From Candidatus Bathyarchaeota archaeon (lineage in GTDB: Archaea; Thermoproteota; Bathyarchaeia; Bathyarchaeales; Bathycorpusculaceae), in the NCBI GenBank assembly GCA_963702095.1, contig OY969706.1, forward strand, positions 1,696,001 to 1,760,000: a stretch of 64,000 bases of DNA, read 5' to 3'. The translations under genes were made by a program, and so were the position numbers. Within the stretch, counting starts at the first letter, position 1. Each line of letters starts with the position of its first letter. The notes below the pieces were generated by a model that saw nothing but the letters and a program-made list of their open reading frames with translations, did not search any database and was not told the DNA's origin. Shown here piece by piece: positions 1-10,252 of this stretch.

Positions 1-825
1 GACCAGATGGATTATTTCCCCTGCAGCTGCCCCAAATGTGCATCTGAAACACCCGAAGGATTGCGGCTGAAACCTGCTAAGGAACGGGAAGTTTTTCTTG
101 CCGAACACAACCTGCACGTGTGCTTTGCCGAGCTAAGGCGCATAAAGCAGGCTATACGCGACGGCAGACTCTGGGAGCACACTGAAATGCGTCTGCACGC
201 CCACCCCGCCCTGCTCTCAGCCCTCAAACGCGTCCGCACCCACGAAGACTTCCTCGAAAAGTACAGTCCAACCGCCAAAAGCAGCGGCTTCTTCTACTTC
301 GACGCCGTGGGACTGGCAAGACCAGAAATCGTGCATTACCGCAAACGCCTAACCCAACGCTACACGCCGCCGCCAGAAGCGAAAGTGCTGTTTTTGGTTC
401 CGCAGACCCGCAATAAACCGTTTCATAAGGCGCCTGAATTCAAAAAAATCCGCCAACTCATGCGCAAACTCGGCGAGGCTGAGGCACAGGTGCATGTTTG
501 TGTTTACGCTGCTCCCTTCGGCGTTGTCCCGTTGGAGCTAGATGAGGTTTACCCGCTTTCCCAGCATGAAGCAGCCTTGCCGCTGGACCAAGAAACAATC
601 AACTACGTTGCAGCCCAAACAGCAGAATACATTGGGCGCAATGGCTATGTTGGGGTTGTGTTGCTTAACGACAGAAAACTCTGGAGAGACACCGTTAAAA
701 CGCAAGTCACGGTTGCATGTGAATCGAAGAAAATTGCGTTTGCCTCTTTTGACGCCAATGTTGAGGGTACAAAGGAGATGCTGGGGCACCTAGAAGCTGC
801 TTTGCGCAGGCAGTTGGGGCGGTAG
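1..825 (+). CDS. tgtA: 7-cyano-7-deazaguanine tRNA-ribosyltransferase (archaeosine TGT), 5'-truncated by window edge
   Basis: Zn site PCSCPKC...HN, IKQAIRDGRLWE, HPALL and PFGVVPLELDEVYPLSQ motifs typical of archaeal TGT; ends without a PUA domain. Confidence 0.88.
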   Translation, partial: DQMDYFPCSCPKCASETPEGLRLKPAKEREVFLAEHNLHVCFAELRRIKQAIRDGRLWEHTEMRLHAHPALLSALKRVRTHEDFLEKYSPTAKSSGFFYFDAVGLARPEIVHYRKRLTQRYTPPPEAKVLFLVPQTRNKPFHKAPEFKKIRQLMRKLGEAEAQVHVCVYAAPFGVVPLELDEVYPLSQHEAALPLDQETINYVAAQTAEYIGRNGYVGVVLLNDRKLWRDTVKTQVTVACESKKIAFASFDANVEGTKEMLGHLEAALRRQLGR

Positions 826-1083
826 GAAAAAGAGTGGGTGTGCAGTTAGAGGGGTAGGTTGAAGCCAAGGTTTTTTTCGGCTGCTTTTACTTTTTCGGTT
901 TGGGTGTTATTCTTCTAGGTCTGTTTTTACTGGTTGGAAGTTGTTTTCCTCTTGTTGTTCTAGCGTGTTTTTATTCCTCTCGATTTGAGTAGGATTTTAT
1001 ACGCTTTTTTCACACTTGGAAATATATAAGCTATAAGAATAATCTCAAGTGGGATTAACCCTTATAATTCAAAAACTGTAGAT

Positions 1084-1269
1084 ATGTACAACATGCGCTC
1101 CAAAAAAACCAAAATATCCATTTCACTTGATGAAGCCCTCGTCGAATGGATAGACAAAAAAATCGACGACTTCACCTTCCAAAACCGCAGCGATGGACTC
1201 GAAAAAGCAGTATACAAACTAAAAATAGAAACAGAAAAAACCAACAATAACACCATCAACCACCCGTAA
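1084..1269 (+). CDS. CopG/ribbon-helix-helix DNA-binding protein
   Basis: KISISLDEALVEWID...NRSDGLEKAV RHH pattern; TATA-like sequence upstream. Confidence 0.75.
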   Translation: MYNMRSKKTKISISLDEALVEWIDKKIDDFTFQNRSDGLEKAVYKLKIETEKTNNNTINHP

Positions 1270-1369
1270 AATTATCGCTTTCCCAACTCATCCATCCAAA
1301 CAACAGTAAGCAGGCAGCCGCTCTGCAGCTGCAAGAACCTTTTTTACCCCCGCAACCATAAGCCCACAC

Positions 1370-1990
1370 ATGACCCCAAGGCCACAGTTCCTCTTTGCTG
1401 ACCTCCACATCCACACAGTCTACTCCCCTGACTCAATGGTCCAACCCAAAACCCTCGTTGACATGCTAGCCGCCCACAGCTACATCAAAGCCGCAGCCGT
1501 CACCGACCACGACAGCACAAGAGGATGCAAAGCCACTGAGGAATTAGCCAAAGCCTACCCCGACATCTTAATCATCCCCGGCGTAGAAATCAGCACAACC
1601 CACGGCGACATGATTGTGTTGGGCACTTACGAGTTGCCGCCCAAGCCTTGGACGCCACAGTCAGTGGCGGACTATGCAGGGTCAATCGGCGGGGTCTCGA
1701 TTGTAGCGCATCCTTTCCGTACCTACGGCATGGGCGAACACGCTCGGGGTGTTAAAATGGATGCGATAGAAGTGTTAAACGGCGGTTCAAGCAAAGAAGC
1801 CAATGCACAGGCAAAGGAATTTGCTCAAGAATCGGGGTTGCCCGGAACCGCTGGTAGCGACGCGCATCAGGTCTCGGAGCTTTTCAGCGTATGCAACCAG
1901 ATTGAGGCGTCGCTGGATGTGGATTCGGTTTTAGCTGCGATCAGGAAGGGCAAGGTATCCGCACAGCTACCCAGAGGGCACAAAGCATAG
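1370..1990 (+). CDS. PHP-domain metal-dependent phosphoesterase
   Basis: DLHIHT, VTDHD, GVEIS, AHP and GSDAH motifs. Confidence 0.9.
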   Translation: MTPRPQFLFADLHIHTVYSPDSMVQPKTLVDMLAAHSYIKAAAVTDHDSTRGCKATEELAKAYPDILIIPGVEISTTHGDMIVLGTYELPPKPWTPQSVADYAGSIGGVSIVAHPFRTYGMGEHARGVKMDAIEVLNGGSSKEANAQAKEFAQESGLPGTAGSDAHQVSELFSVCNQIEASLDVDSVLAAIRKGKVSAQLPRGHKA

Positions 1991-2106
1991 CACCAAAATA
2001 ACGGACGCCAACTCTATGGTCCTAACTTTGCATGTTAAGCCGTTGGAGACCGAAAAAAGCATATATCACAAAGCGCCGTTGATTTCTAAAGCATAAGTGA
2101 AGTTGC

Positions 2107-3246
2107 ATGGCTTCGGCTGAAGAAAACAGAGACGAAATGGTAGTTACACCCTGGGAAGTTAAAGGCAAAGTAGACTATCAACGCCTCATAAAAGAATTCG
2201 GCACCCAACCCCTAACGCCTGAGTTGCTAACACGAGTCCAGAAACACACCGACAAACTCCACCTGCAACTCGAACGCCAAATCTTTTTCAGCCACCGCGA
2301 CCTCGACACCGTCTTGGACCTCTATGACAAAGGCGTAAAATTCGTGCTCTACACTGGCAGAGGACCAAGCGGACCAGTGCACATTGGGCATTTGGTGCCG
2401 TGGATTTTCACCCTTGACATACAACAGAAATTCAAAACGCGGCTGTACTTCCAGATGACTGACGACGAAAAATACCTTGTCGGCGACGACCGCGACCTCA
2501 AAGAAACCGCGCATTGGGCATACGAAAACGCGCTTGATCTCATCGCGTTGGGTTACAAGCCTGAGGACACCTTCATCATCTACGACACCCAAGACATCGA
2601 TTTACTCTACGACATCACCTTAGAAGTCGCCAAACGAATAACGTATAGCACTGCACGGAGCAGCTTCGGGTTCCAAGACAGCACCAACATCGGCTGGGTT
2701 TACTGGCCAGCAGTCCAAGCCGCACCCTGCTTCATCCACAAAAAACTCACCGGCGAAAACGTCCCCGCGTTGATCCCAGCAGCCATCGACCAAGACCCCT
2801 ACTGGCGAGTCACCCGCGACGTCGCCCAAAAACTCGGCTACTACAAACCCGCCCAAATCCACTGCCGCTTCCTCCCGGGACTGGGGGCAGGCGGAAAAAT
2901 GTCTGCTTCGATGCCTGAAACCAGCATATTCACCATGGATTCACCTGAAGTGGTGAAAAAGAAGCTCTGGAACGCTTTTACAGGCGGCAAAGGCACAGCG
3001 GCAGAGCAACGCAAAACAGGCGCTGACCCAACGGTTTGCAGCATTTTCCAGTATTACTTTTTCCTCTTTGAAGAAGACAGCGGCAAATTGGCGGAGCGGG
3101 AACGTAGGTGCCGAGGCGGAGAGATGCTCTGCGGTGAATGCAAAAAAGACATCGCTGAAAAACTCAACCATTTCCTCGAGCAGCATCGTGAGCGCCGAGA
3201 AAAAGCCAAAGACACCATCGAGCAGTACCATATCAAACGCAAGTAG
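2107..3246 (+). CDS. trpS: Tryptophanyl-tRNA synthetase (archaeal type)
   Basis: VTPWEV, YTGRGPSG, HIGH, AIDQDPY, KMSAS and CGECK motifs. Confidence 0.97.
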   Translation: MASAEENRDEMVVTPWEVKGKVDYQRLIKEFGTQPLTPELLTRVQKHTDKLHLQLERQIFFSHRDLDTVLDLYDKGVKFVLYTGRGPSGPVHIGHLVPWIFTLDIQQKFKTRLYFQMTDDEKYLVGDDRDLKETAHWAYENALDLIALGYKPEDTFIIYDTQDIDLLYDITLEVAKRITYSTARSSFGFQDSTNIGWVYWPAVQAAPCFIHKKLTGENVPALIPAAIDQDPYWRVTRDVAQKLGYYKPAQIHCRFLPGLGAGGKMSASMPETSIFTMDSPEVVKKKLWNAFTGGKGTAAEQRKTGADPTVCSIFQYYFFLFEEDSGKLAERERRCRGGEMLCGECKKDIAEKLNHFLEQHRERREKAKDTIEQYHIKRK

Positions 3247-3322
3247 GCGTTCTCCTTCTAATCGGTGCCTCCTAAGAAACTTGATAAAGCCCAACAGCCC
3301 TATTTTTTGTTGGTTTGGGTGA

Positions 3323-3781
3323 TTGTTTTTGTCAGGAAACGTTTTGGTAAGAGATATTATGAGTAAACCAGTAAAAGTTGTTCGAGAAGACACCACTCTT
3401 CACGAGGTTATTGCGACTTTTAGCAGTTTTGACATTGACTCCATAATTGTTGTACAGGGTGAACGTCCTGTGGGAATAATAACTTCAAAAGACGCTTTAA
3501 CACGGGGTTTTGAGCATTTTGAGCATGGATTGCCCGCTAGTGCCATAAAAGCGGAATTGGTGGCTTCAAGTCCATTAACCACGATTGATGCAGAGGCAAG
3601 CGTGGAAGAAGCCGCCGAATTGATGCGGCGTCAAAGAATAAAGCATTTGCCCGTTGTCCGCGACGACCACCTCGTCGGAATAGTCACTGATACAGACATC
3701 ATTTTCGCATTGCCATCCATGTTGGCGAGGATGGAGGAAGTCTGTCGACCCGAAAGGGAGCCAACAACAGTTACGCATTAA
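3323..3781 (+). CDS. CBS-pair domain protein
   Basis: VRDIMS, VGIITSKD, IKHLPVV and VGIVTDTDI motifs. Confidence 0.9.
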   Translation: MFLSGNVLVRDIMSKPVKVVREDTTLHEVIATFSSFDIDSIIVVQGERPVGIITSKDALTRGFEHFEHGLPASAIKAELVASSPLTTIDAEASVEEAAELMRRQRIKHLPVVRDDHLVGIVTDTDIIFALPSMLARMEEVCRPEREPTTVTH

Positions 3782-3797
3782 ACAAGAAGTGAGATGA

Positions 3798-3935
3798 ATG
3801 CAGGAATACGAACCCAATTCTCAATTGGAGGAGCCTTCTCCGTATCCAGAGCCGCCCAATCCTGAGCCTGAACCGGAACCTGAACCCCACCCGTCTCCGC
3901 AGCCAGAGGGAACCAGCAAAAATTGGTATATCTAA
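3798..3935 (+). CDS. Putative small Pro/Glu-rich protein (45 aa), below ORF-track cutoff
   Basis: ATG 3798 to TAA 3935 reads MQEYEPNSQLEEPSPYPEPPNPEPEPEPEPHPSPQPEGTSKNWYI, 16 nt after the CBS gene; PE repeat uses varied codons. Confidence 0.45.
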   Translation: MQEYEPNSQLEEPSPYPEPPNPEPEPEPEPHPSPQPEGTSKNWYI

Positions 3936-4128
3936 ATAATTTTACTGCCCATTTACATGGCGATGGCTACACGTCATTTTAGGCGGCTCCCTGCAGTATC
4001 AACCGATAGAAACCAAAAGAATCGCTTTGCCACGTTCATAGGGCGTGTGCTTGAGGCTATACGTTTTGCAGTTGGTGTAGTTCAAAGCTTAAATGGCACA
4101 ACCCCATCTTGATTTTCGAGAGAACAAA

Positions 4129-5004
4129 ATGACCAATCAAAAAATCGCCGACGGCGAGACCGTACTAATCTACCTTGACTCACGCCGAACCTACATGATT
4201 AAGGTGCAGTCGGGACAAACCTTCCATACCCACAAAGGCTACCTCAAACTCGACGATTTAGTGGGCAAAGAATACGGTGAACCCATCAGAAGCAGCCTCG
4301 GAGTCACCTTCACCACGCTAAAACCCATCCTCACAGATTACATGATGAAGTCTGGGCGCAACACACAGATCATATACCCCAAAGATGCCTCGCTCATTGT
4401 GATGTTTAGCGGCATCGGACCCGGCAGCCGAGTGTTCGAATCCGGCACAGGCACAGGCGCATTAACAACTGCACTGGCGCATTACGTCGGCGACACAGGC
4501 AAAGTCTACACCTACGAGCTCAGAGCGGAATTCCAGAAAAACGCCGCCAAAAACATCCAACGCGCCAAACTCGACGGCAACGTGGAGATGAAAAGCGGCG
4601 ACGTAACAATGGGTATAGCTGAACGCGACCTCGACGCCGCCATCCTCGACCTCGCCGTCCCCTGGCTCGTCGTACCCCACGCATATGAGGCTCTTAAGCC
4701 ATCGGGCGTGTTGGTTTCTTTTAGCCCCACCATCGACCAAGTTGTCCGCACCACCGAAGCCCTCCGCGACATCGGCTTTGTCTTCATAGAAACAGTCGAA
4801 TGCCTCATGCGCACCATGCAAGTAGAACGGGGAAAAACACGACCCAACACCATGATGACAGGGCACACTGGCTACATTACACATGCACGGAAAATCATAA
4901 AGCCGCCAACCCCTCAAGTGCCGCCACAGGCAGCCATCGAAGACCAAATTTTAGAGGAACAAGAAGAAACATTGGAAGAGTCGGCGGAAGAAGAAACTAC
5001 CTAA
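4129..5004 (+). CDS. trmI: tRNA (adenine-N1)-methyltransferase (m1A57/58)
   Basis: FHTHKG, TQIIYPKD, ESGTGTGALT, ILDL and TRP...GHTGY motifs; acidic tail. Start may be 4093. Confidence 0.93.
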   Translation: MTNQKIADGETVLIYLDSRRTYMIKVQSGQTFHTHKGYLKLDDLVGKEYGEPIRSSLGVTFTTLKPILTDYMMKSGRNTQIIYPKDASLIVMFSGIGPGSRVFESGTGTGALTTALAHYVGDTGKVYTYELRAEFQKNAAKNIQRAKLDGNVEMKSGDVTMGIAERDLDAAILDLAVPWLVVPHAYEALKPSGVLVSFSPTIDQVVRTTEALRDIGFVFIETVECLMRTMQVERGKTRPNTMMTGHTGYITHARKIIKPPTPQVPPQAAIEDQILEEQEETLEESAEEETT

Positions 5005-6678
5005 GCCTTTCCGTTTACTTTTCCTTTTACTCTTCTACCGTTATCGGGCAAAGGTAGGCTCAACTGGTAAACGGCCTGCTTAAACTGTTCTCCGCTGGCG
5101 CCGCGTGTTAAGCCGTAGTAGGCACCCAAGATTTTGCCGAAGTATGGAATAATGAATTTATCGAAGGTGTTGTAGAGCATCGGGTTTGGCAGGCGGTTTT
5201 CGAGGAAAGTGGGTTTCCAGATTTTAATGTTGTATTCCCAGCATTTGATAAAGAAGTCCCAACGCGCCTTGCTCAGTGAGTCTATTTCAGCGCCCTTCTG
5301 CTTCATCAAAACACAGTTTTCCAAGGGCACAAAGAAAAGCGGCACGTAGAAGGCGTTGTAGTCTTTGAGTTTATCCATCAACTCCAATGTCTGGAGCATG
5401 TCTTCTTCTTTTTCATCGGGCAAACCAATAATGAGCGTTGCCAGCGGGTACCAGTCGTTGTCGTTTAAGATGCCGAACGCGTTGGTGACGACGTCTTGCC
5501 ACTGCTCAGGCTGAAAAGGCAACATTTTACCAGCCATGTATTTCCTCATTAAGCGTGGGCTGCCTGTTTCAACGCCTGTTTCAGCGGTGATAATTGGTTT
5601 TTTACCGAAAGAATACCATGATTTCTCGATAAGAATCTCCGCGAGTTCCCTGATCATTTGAGGGTCATGCCAAATAGGTGCCAGCGACATGTGTGCTGCC
5701 TGAATGCTTTTTACGCCAGGGTAATCCGCAACTGTCCTGAAAAGTTTAACAACCGCTTCACGGTTGGGCACAAACCGCGGGTCTTTTGCGCCATAGAGAA
5801 ACATGTCTTCAGTGATTAAGGTTATGTGGTCGCTGCCCTGCGCTACGCTTAAAGCGACTTCCTCCATGATTTTATCCATAGGCACATCTATCTTATGCTG
5901 CATGGTGGGAGTGCAAAACTGGCAGTTTCTGCCACAGCCCTTGCTGATTTCAACTGCCCCGTGGACAGAGACGTTTTTGGTTATGGGCATTTCTTGGTTG
6001 TAATTCCAGTTGTCCAGCGACTCGTCAGCTTTTGCAAGGCGTGGAAGCGGTTCACCGTTAACTGCTTTCTTGAATAGTTCAACGATTGGTCCAGGTCTCC
6101 CCCCCATCAAAACACAGTCGACGCCGTAACTCTGTGAAACACGTTGACGTTCAAGCTGCCATGAGCCATATCCGCCTACGATGACTTTGAGGGTATCCTT
6201 GTATTTTTTGATGGCAGGGTGAGTGACGAGTTTACGGAATTCAATTCGGTTCATGGGTTCGCCGCCGCCTACGATGGAACTGTAGGTTTTGCTGACATAC
6301 CCCATGCCTGTGGGGTCCATGCTCGATATGCCGACGACTCTGGTGTCTGGACCGATGAACTTGTCTAAGTCTTCAGGATAAGCCACTGCAATGTCGTTTG
6401 GTGAGAATCCGCCTTCAAGGAGGATGGATTCGACTTTACGTAGTCCATAGGGTACGTAACTGGCTTGTCCATCTGCTAGCGGCGAACGGTGGGGGTATAG
6501 GGTTTTCCGCACATAAGAGAGGGGAATGGGGCGCTTTGCCGAAACCTCCAGAAAAAGCAATGAAGGGATTATTGAGAAAGTCACTCATCTCGGTGGCTGA
6601 TGCCGTGAGAACAATTTTTTTGCCTCTAACAGTTTCCAACCTTTCTCTTCCTCGATAGGAGTTAATCATTATGTCCAT
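5001..6678 (-). CDS. B12-binding radical SAM protein; one frameshift near 6535
   Basis: EISKGCGRNCQFC (CxxxCxxC), PYGLRKVE and GVETGS; the N-terminus (KKIVLTASATEMSDF) is in another frame (6436-6708 ORF). Confidence 0.85.
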
Positions 6679-6882
6679 ACGCCTTTTAAAAATTGCTATC
6701 GCTCCCACGCCAATGGCGGAGGCGGTAGTGCCGTAGACAAGCGGTAGAGCACTATGCAGGTTTTGCTTTGGCTGGTGCTACATCATGTTTCAACACATCT
6801 TTAATAAGCCCTAACAGAAAACTGAATTGTTTTTCCAAGAGTAGAAAACGCCTTTAGCGCATTTTTTAGTGAGGGTTAAATT

Positions 6883-8742
6883 TTGCAGGATACACTACAA
6901 AAAGAAAAACAGCCGCCCAAAAAAGAAACCGCCCCAACCAGAACCGGCGGCGAATTATTCCTTCGACTCCTCCAGCAGCAGGATATCCCATTTGTTTTCG
7001 GCACAACAGGCGCGGGGATGGCCGAAATACAAGACGCCATGGTCGTGGTTAAACCGCCAAAGTGGATTCAAGGACTCCACGAATTCCCAACAGTCAACGC
7101 AGCAGCCGGATACGCTCTTGCATCCGAGTCCCTTGGCATAGCCCTGATTGACCGAAACGTAGGCACCCAAAACGCCGCCGGAGCCTTCTACTGTGCATTC
7201 ATGAACATGGCGCCAATCATAGTTTTTGCATCCAAAAACGTAGCTGGAGTACCAACGCCTGACGCACAAATCCAATATCACTACATGAATTATGAGGGAA
7301 CACTTGTTGCGCCGTGGCTTAAATGGAGTACACAAAACGAATCCCTTGATACTATCCAAGAAGACCTTGCCAAAGCAATGTACCTGTCGATGTCTGAGCC
7401 GTGGGGAACAACATATCTCACCTTGCGACAGGATTTGATGGCACGGAGGCTGCCGGGAGGCTTTGGCGAACAAAAACTTCTATGTCTGCGGCAAATCCAT
7501 CAGCCTTTTGAGTCGCCTCGGCTTCCAGATGCTACAACCATCCAGCGAATCTACGAGGAACTCATGAATTATAGCCAACCGGAAATCTTTGTTTCGCACT
7601 TAGGCAGAAGAAAATCCGCTTACACATCCTTGTTAAACTTCGCCCACACATTCGGCATAGCAGTTAACGATTACCGATCATTCCTAAACTACCCCATCAC
7701 CGACCCGTTGCATGTCGGATTCGCAAAATTGACTTATCCCCCGAGACTGATGCAGGGAATCGACCTTGCTGTTGCCTTAGAAGTAGGGTTGCTTCCCCAC
7801 CAAAGGTTCGGCGAAGTTGACGCGATCGATTTGACAAGCGACTTGCTGCATCGCCAGGATGTTCCAGGCGGAGGAGAATATGGTTCCACACTGTTTCCAG
7901 CGGTTGTCCGAGCCGAATGCGATGTTGGACCTACCTTGGATATGATTTGCAGAGTTGCCAATGAAAAAATGACTTCTAAGGAAAAAGAGGTGGTGCAGCA
8001 GAGAACAGAAACCGCTGCAAGAGAACATCATAGGCTGTTCGATGAAGCCAAAGAGAAGGCTCAACATAGCTATGACTCGGGGAAACTGGATGCTTCATCA
8101 GTTGGGTACATACTAAACAAGAAATGGCCTCAAAACGGCATTTGGGTTGACGGCTCAATAACGCCAAGGAATACCCTGCTGGAGTTGGTGGAGCTTAACC
8201 AGGCCGGAACCTACTTTTCCAACCCCAGCTTCCACCTAGGAGCCGTAGTGGGAATGTCTTATGGTGTCGCTTTAGCCAAAAGAAAATACATCAACGTAGA
8301 AGACCATGGCACCTACGAAGTGGGCACAATCAGTGACCAAGAAAAAGCTCCAAACATAACCATCTGCACAACCGGCGATGGAGACGCAGTTTTCGGCAAT
8401 TTGCCCTCGGCGCTTTGGACCTGCTGCCATTACGGTTTAGGCGTGCTCTACGTGATTCTCAACAACGCCTGCTGGGCTATCGAGTGGCCTCCAATTGAAA
8501 AAGCCACCGAACACTGGGCTAAAACTGCTGGAGACTACGAGTTTCTCGATTTAGAAAACCCACGCATTGACTACACGCATATGGCTGCGGCTTTTTCGGT
8601 TCCCTCCAAAAGGGTTGAAACCCCACAGCAATTCGAAGAAGCACTAATAGCGGGAATTGCGTTGGCGTCAGAGAATAAGCCGATGGTTATCGATGTTATT
8701 TTGGAGAAGTATACGGGGCAGAAACCGTCAGTGGTTCCATAG
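6883..8742 (+). CDS. Thiamine pyrophosphate-dependent enzyme (acetolactate synthase/decarboxylase superfamily)
   Basis: TGGELF...FG, HE catalytic motif, TGDGD...ILNN TPP motif and C-terminal PMVIDV. Confidence 0.85.
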   Translation: MQDTLQKEKQPPKKETAPTRTGGELFLRLLQQQDIPFVFGTTGAGMAEIQDAMVVVKPPKWIQGLHEFPTVNAAAGYALASESLGIALIDRNVGTQNAAGAFYCAFMNMAPIIVFASKNVAGVPTPDAQIQYHYMNYEGTLVAPWLKWSTQNESLDTIQEDLAKAMYLSMSEPWGTTYLTLRQDLMARRLPGGFGEQKLLCLRQIHQPFESPRLPDATTIQRIYEELMNYSQPEIFVSHLGRRKSAYTSLLNFAHTFGIAVNDYRSFLNYPITDPLHVGFAKLTYPPRLMQGIDLAVALEVGLLPHQRFGEVDAIDLTSDLLHRQDVPGGGEYGSTLFPAVVRAECDVGPTLDMICRVANEKMTSKEKEVVQQRTETAAREHHRLFDEAKEKAQHSYDSGKLDASSVGYILNKKWPQNGIWVDGSITPRNTLLELVELNQAGTYFSNPSFHLGAVVGMSYGVALAKRKYINVEDHGTYEVGTISDQEKAPNITICTTGDGDAVFGNLPSALWTCCHYGLGVLYVILNNACWAIEWPPIEKATEHWAKTAGDYEFLDLENPRIDYTHMAAAFSVPSKRVETPQQFEEALIAGIALASENKPMVIDVILEKYTGQKPSVVP

Positions 8743-8781
8743 AGCCACATTCGGATTAAGCATAAATAGCTAAAGCAACAG

Positions 8782-10113
8782 ATGCCAGAAGCATCCGGTG
8801 CCAAAATGAAAAATCCAAAGCTCACACTGTTTGTAGTATGCCTTCTATGTCTCCTAACAATCTCCGCTTTCTCTCTAATGGGCCGTTCAGGCTCAACCAC
8901 ACAAGAGACCTGGCCCATGTTCCGTCATGACCCCCAACACAGCGGCTACTCAAATGCAAACCAGCGGGTCGGCAACACAACGCTCTGGACCTTTTCGACC
9001 AACGGACAAGTTTGGTCTTCCCCCGCAGTCGCAGAGGGCATAGTTTACGTGGGTTCTTTTGACCAAAACCTCTATGCCTTAAACGCTTCAACGGGAACCC
9101 AAATCTGGAGCTACTCAACGGAAGGCGCAATCTATTCTTCTCCAGCAGTCGCCGACGGCATCGTGTACGTGGGTTCAATCGACCAGAACCTGTATGCGTT
9201 AAACGCTACAACTGGAACAAAAATATGGAATTTTATCACGGGTGGACCAGTTTTTTCTTCGCCAACAATTGAAGATGGCAAAGTGTATTTTGGGTCAGAC
9301 GACAACTCAGTTTACGCTTTAAACGCCCAAGACGGTAGAATGTTGTGGCGTTTTGAAACGGGGGACAGAGTGCAAGCGTCTCCTGCTGCCTGGGACGACA
9401 AAGTCTACATCGGTTCAAACGACACTAAACTTTACGCCCTGGATGCTTCAAACGGCAAGGAGGTTTGGGCTTACAAAACAGGCAGTTATGTGGTGGGCAG
9501 TTCCCCCATGGTTGCAGGTAACGTAGTATATGTTGGCTCCTATGATAACAACACCTATGCCATAGACGCCACCACAGGAATGCAAATTTGGAATGCAACC
9601 ACGGGCTATGACATATGCATGCAGGGGTCACTGGCATACAAGAACGGAGTATTATACATAGGTTCGTCTCATCTATTGTCTGCAACTTCTTCAGGTTACA
9701 CTTTTACTAATTTTACAGCAGTCACGGACCATGTTTACGCTTTGAATGCTGCCACAGGAGCAACCATTTGGAGTTACCCAATCGATAGCGGCATCTGGTC
9801 TTCTCCAGTTGTAACCGACGCCCTGGTAATTGCGGGCTCAGGCAACAACAAACTCTACGCTTTAAACGTAGAAGACGGCAGTCTTGTTTGGAACCACCAA
9901 ACTGAAGGCGCAATATATTCTTCGCCCGCTGTTGTGGATGGCACAATCTATGTTGGTTCATATGACCATAACGTCTACGCCATTGGCTCACCCAATTCGA
10001 GTAATTCAAGCGGAGTAAATCTCTGGATGACCACTTTAATTGTGGTTATAATTGTTTTGACGGTGGCGGTTACTGCCCTGGCGCTTTGGCGGCGGCTAAA
10101 ACAGAAGCGGTAG
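8782..10113 (+). CDS. Secreted PQQ-like beta-propeller (BamB-like repeats) with C-terminal membrane anchor
   Basis: Signal peptide, WPMFRHD, repeated SSPAVxxGxVYVGSxDxxLYAL-W units, TM helix plus RRLKQKR. Confidence 0.9.
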   Translation: MPEASGAKMKNPKLTLFVVCLLCLLTISAFSLMGRSGSTTQETWPMFRHDPQHSGYSNANQRVGNTTLWTFSTNGQVWSSPAVAEGIVYVGSFDQNLYALNASTGTQIWSYSTEGAIYSSPAVADGIVYVGSIDQNLYALNATTGTKIWNFITGGPVFSSPTIEDGKVYFGSDDNSVYALNAQDGRMLWRFETGDRVQASPAAWDDKVYIGSNDTKLYALDASNGKEVWAYKTGSYVVGSSPMVAGNVVYVGSYDNNTYAIDATTGMQIWNATTGYDICMQGSLAYKNGVLYIGSSHLLSATSSGYTFTNFTAVTDHVYALNAATGATIWSYPIDSGIWSSPVVTDALVIAGSGNNKLYALNVEDGSLVWNHQTEGAIYSSPAVVDGTIYVGSYDHNVYAIGSPNSSNSSGVNLWMTTLIVVIIVLTVAVTALALWRRLKQKR

Positions 10114-10252
10114 CCCCTTTTTTTAAGCGGCCAAGCACTTAGCAACAGAACTCTGCTCGGCAAGCTTAGGTAGCAATTGCAAGACCACTACCACATACGT
10201 TTATAAAATGCAACATTCAAAAGGTTTTTAGCAGATAATGCGTTGAAGCGGC

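Noticed and set aside
1-825. TgtA lacking a C-terminal PUA domain as a novelty
   Set aside because: Split or PUA-less archaeal TGTs are known, and the gene is incomplete in this window
2227-3396. Antisense ORFs over trpS (and likewise over trmI, tuf, hcp, amt)
   Set aside because: Shadow ORFs of well-supported genes on the opposite strand
3958-4080. GGCGATGG stem resembling a fluoride (crcB) riboswitch
   Set aside because: The downstream pseudoknot partner and conserved TGATG/TAATG element are not found, and the next gene is trmI
8990-9990. Tandem ~120-nt DNA repeats
   Set aside because: Explained by beta-propeller blade repeats within the CDS
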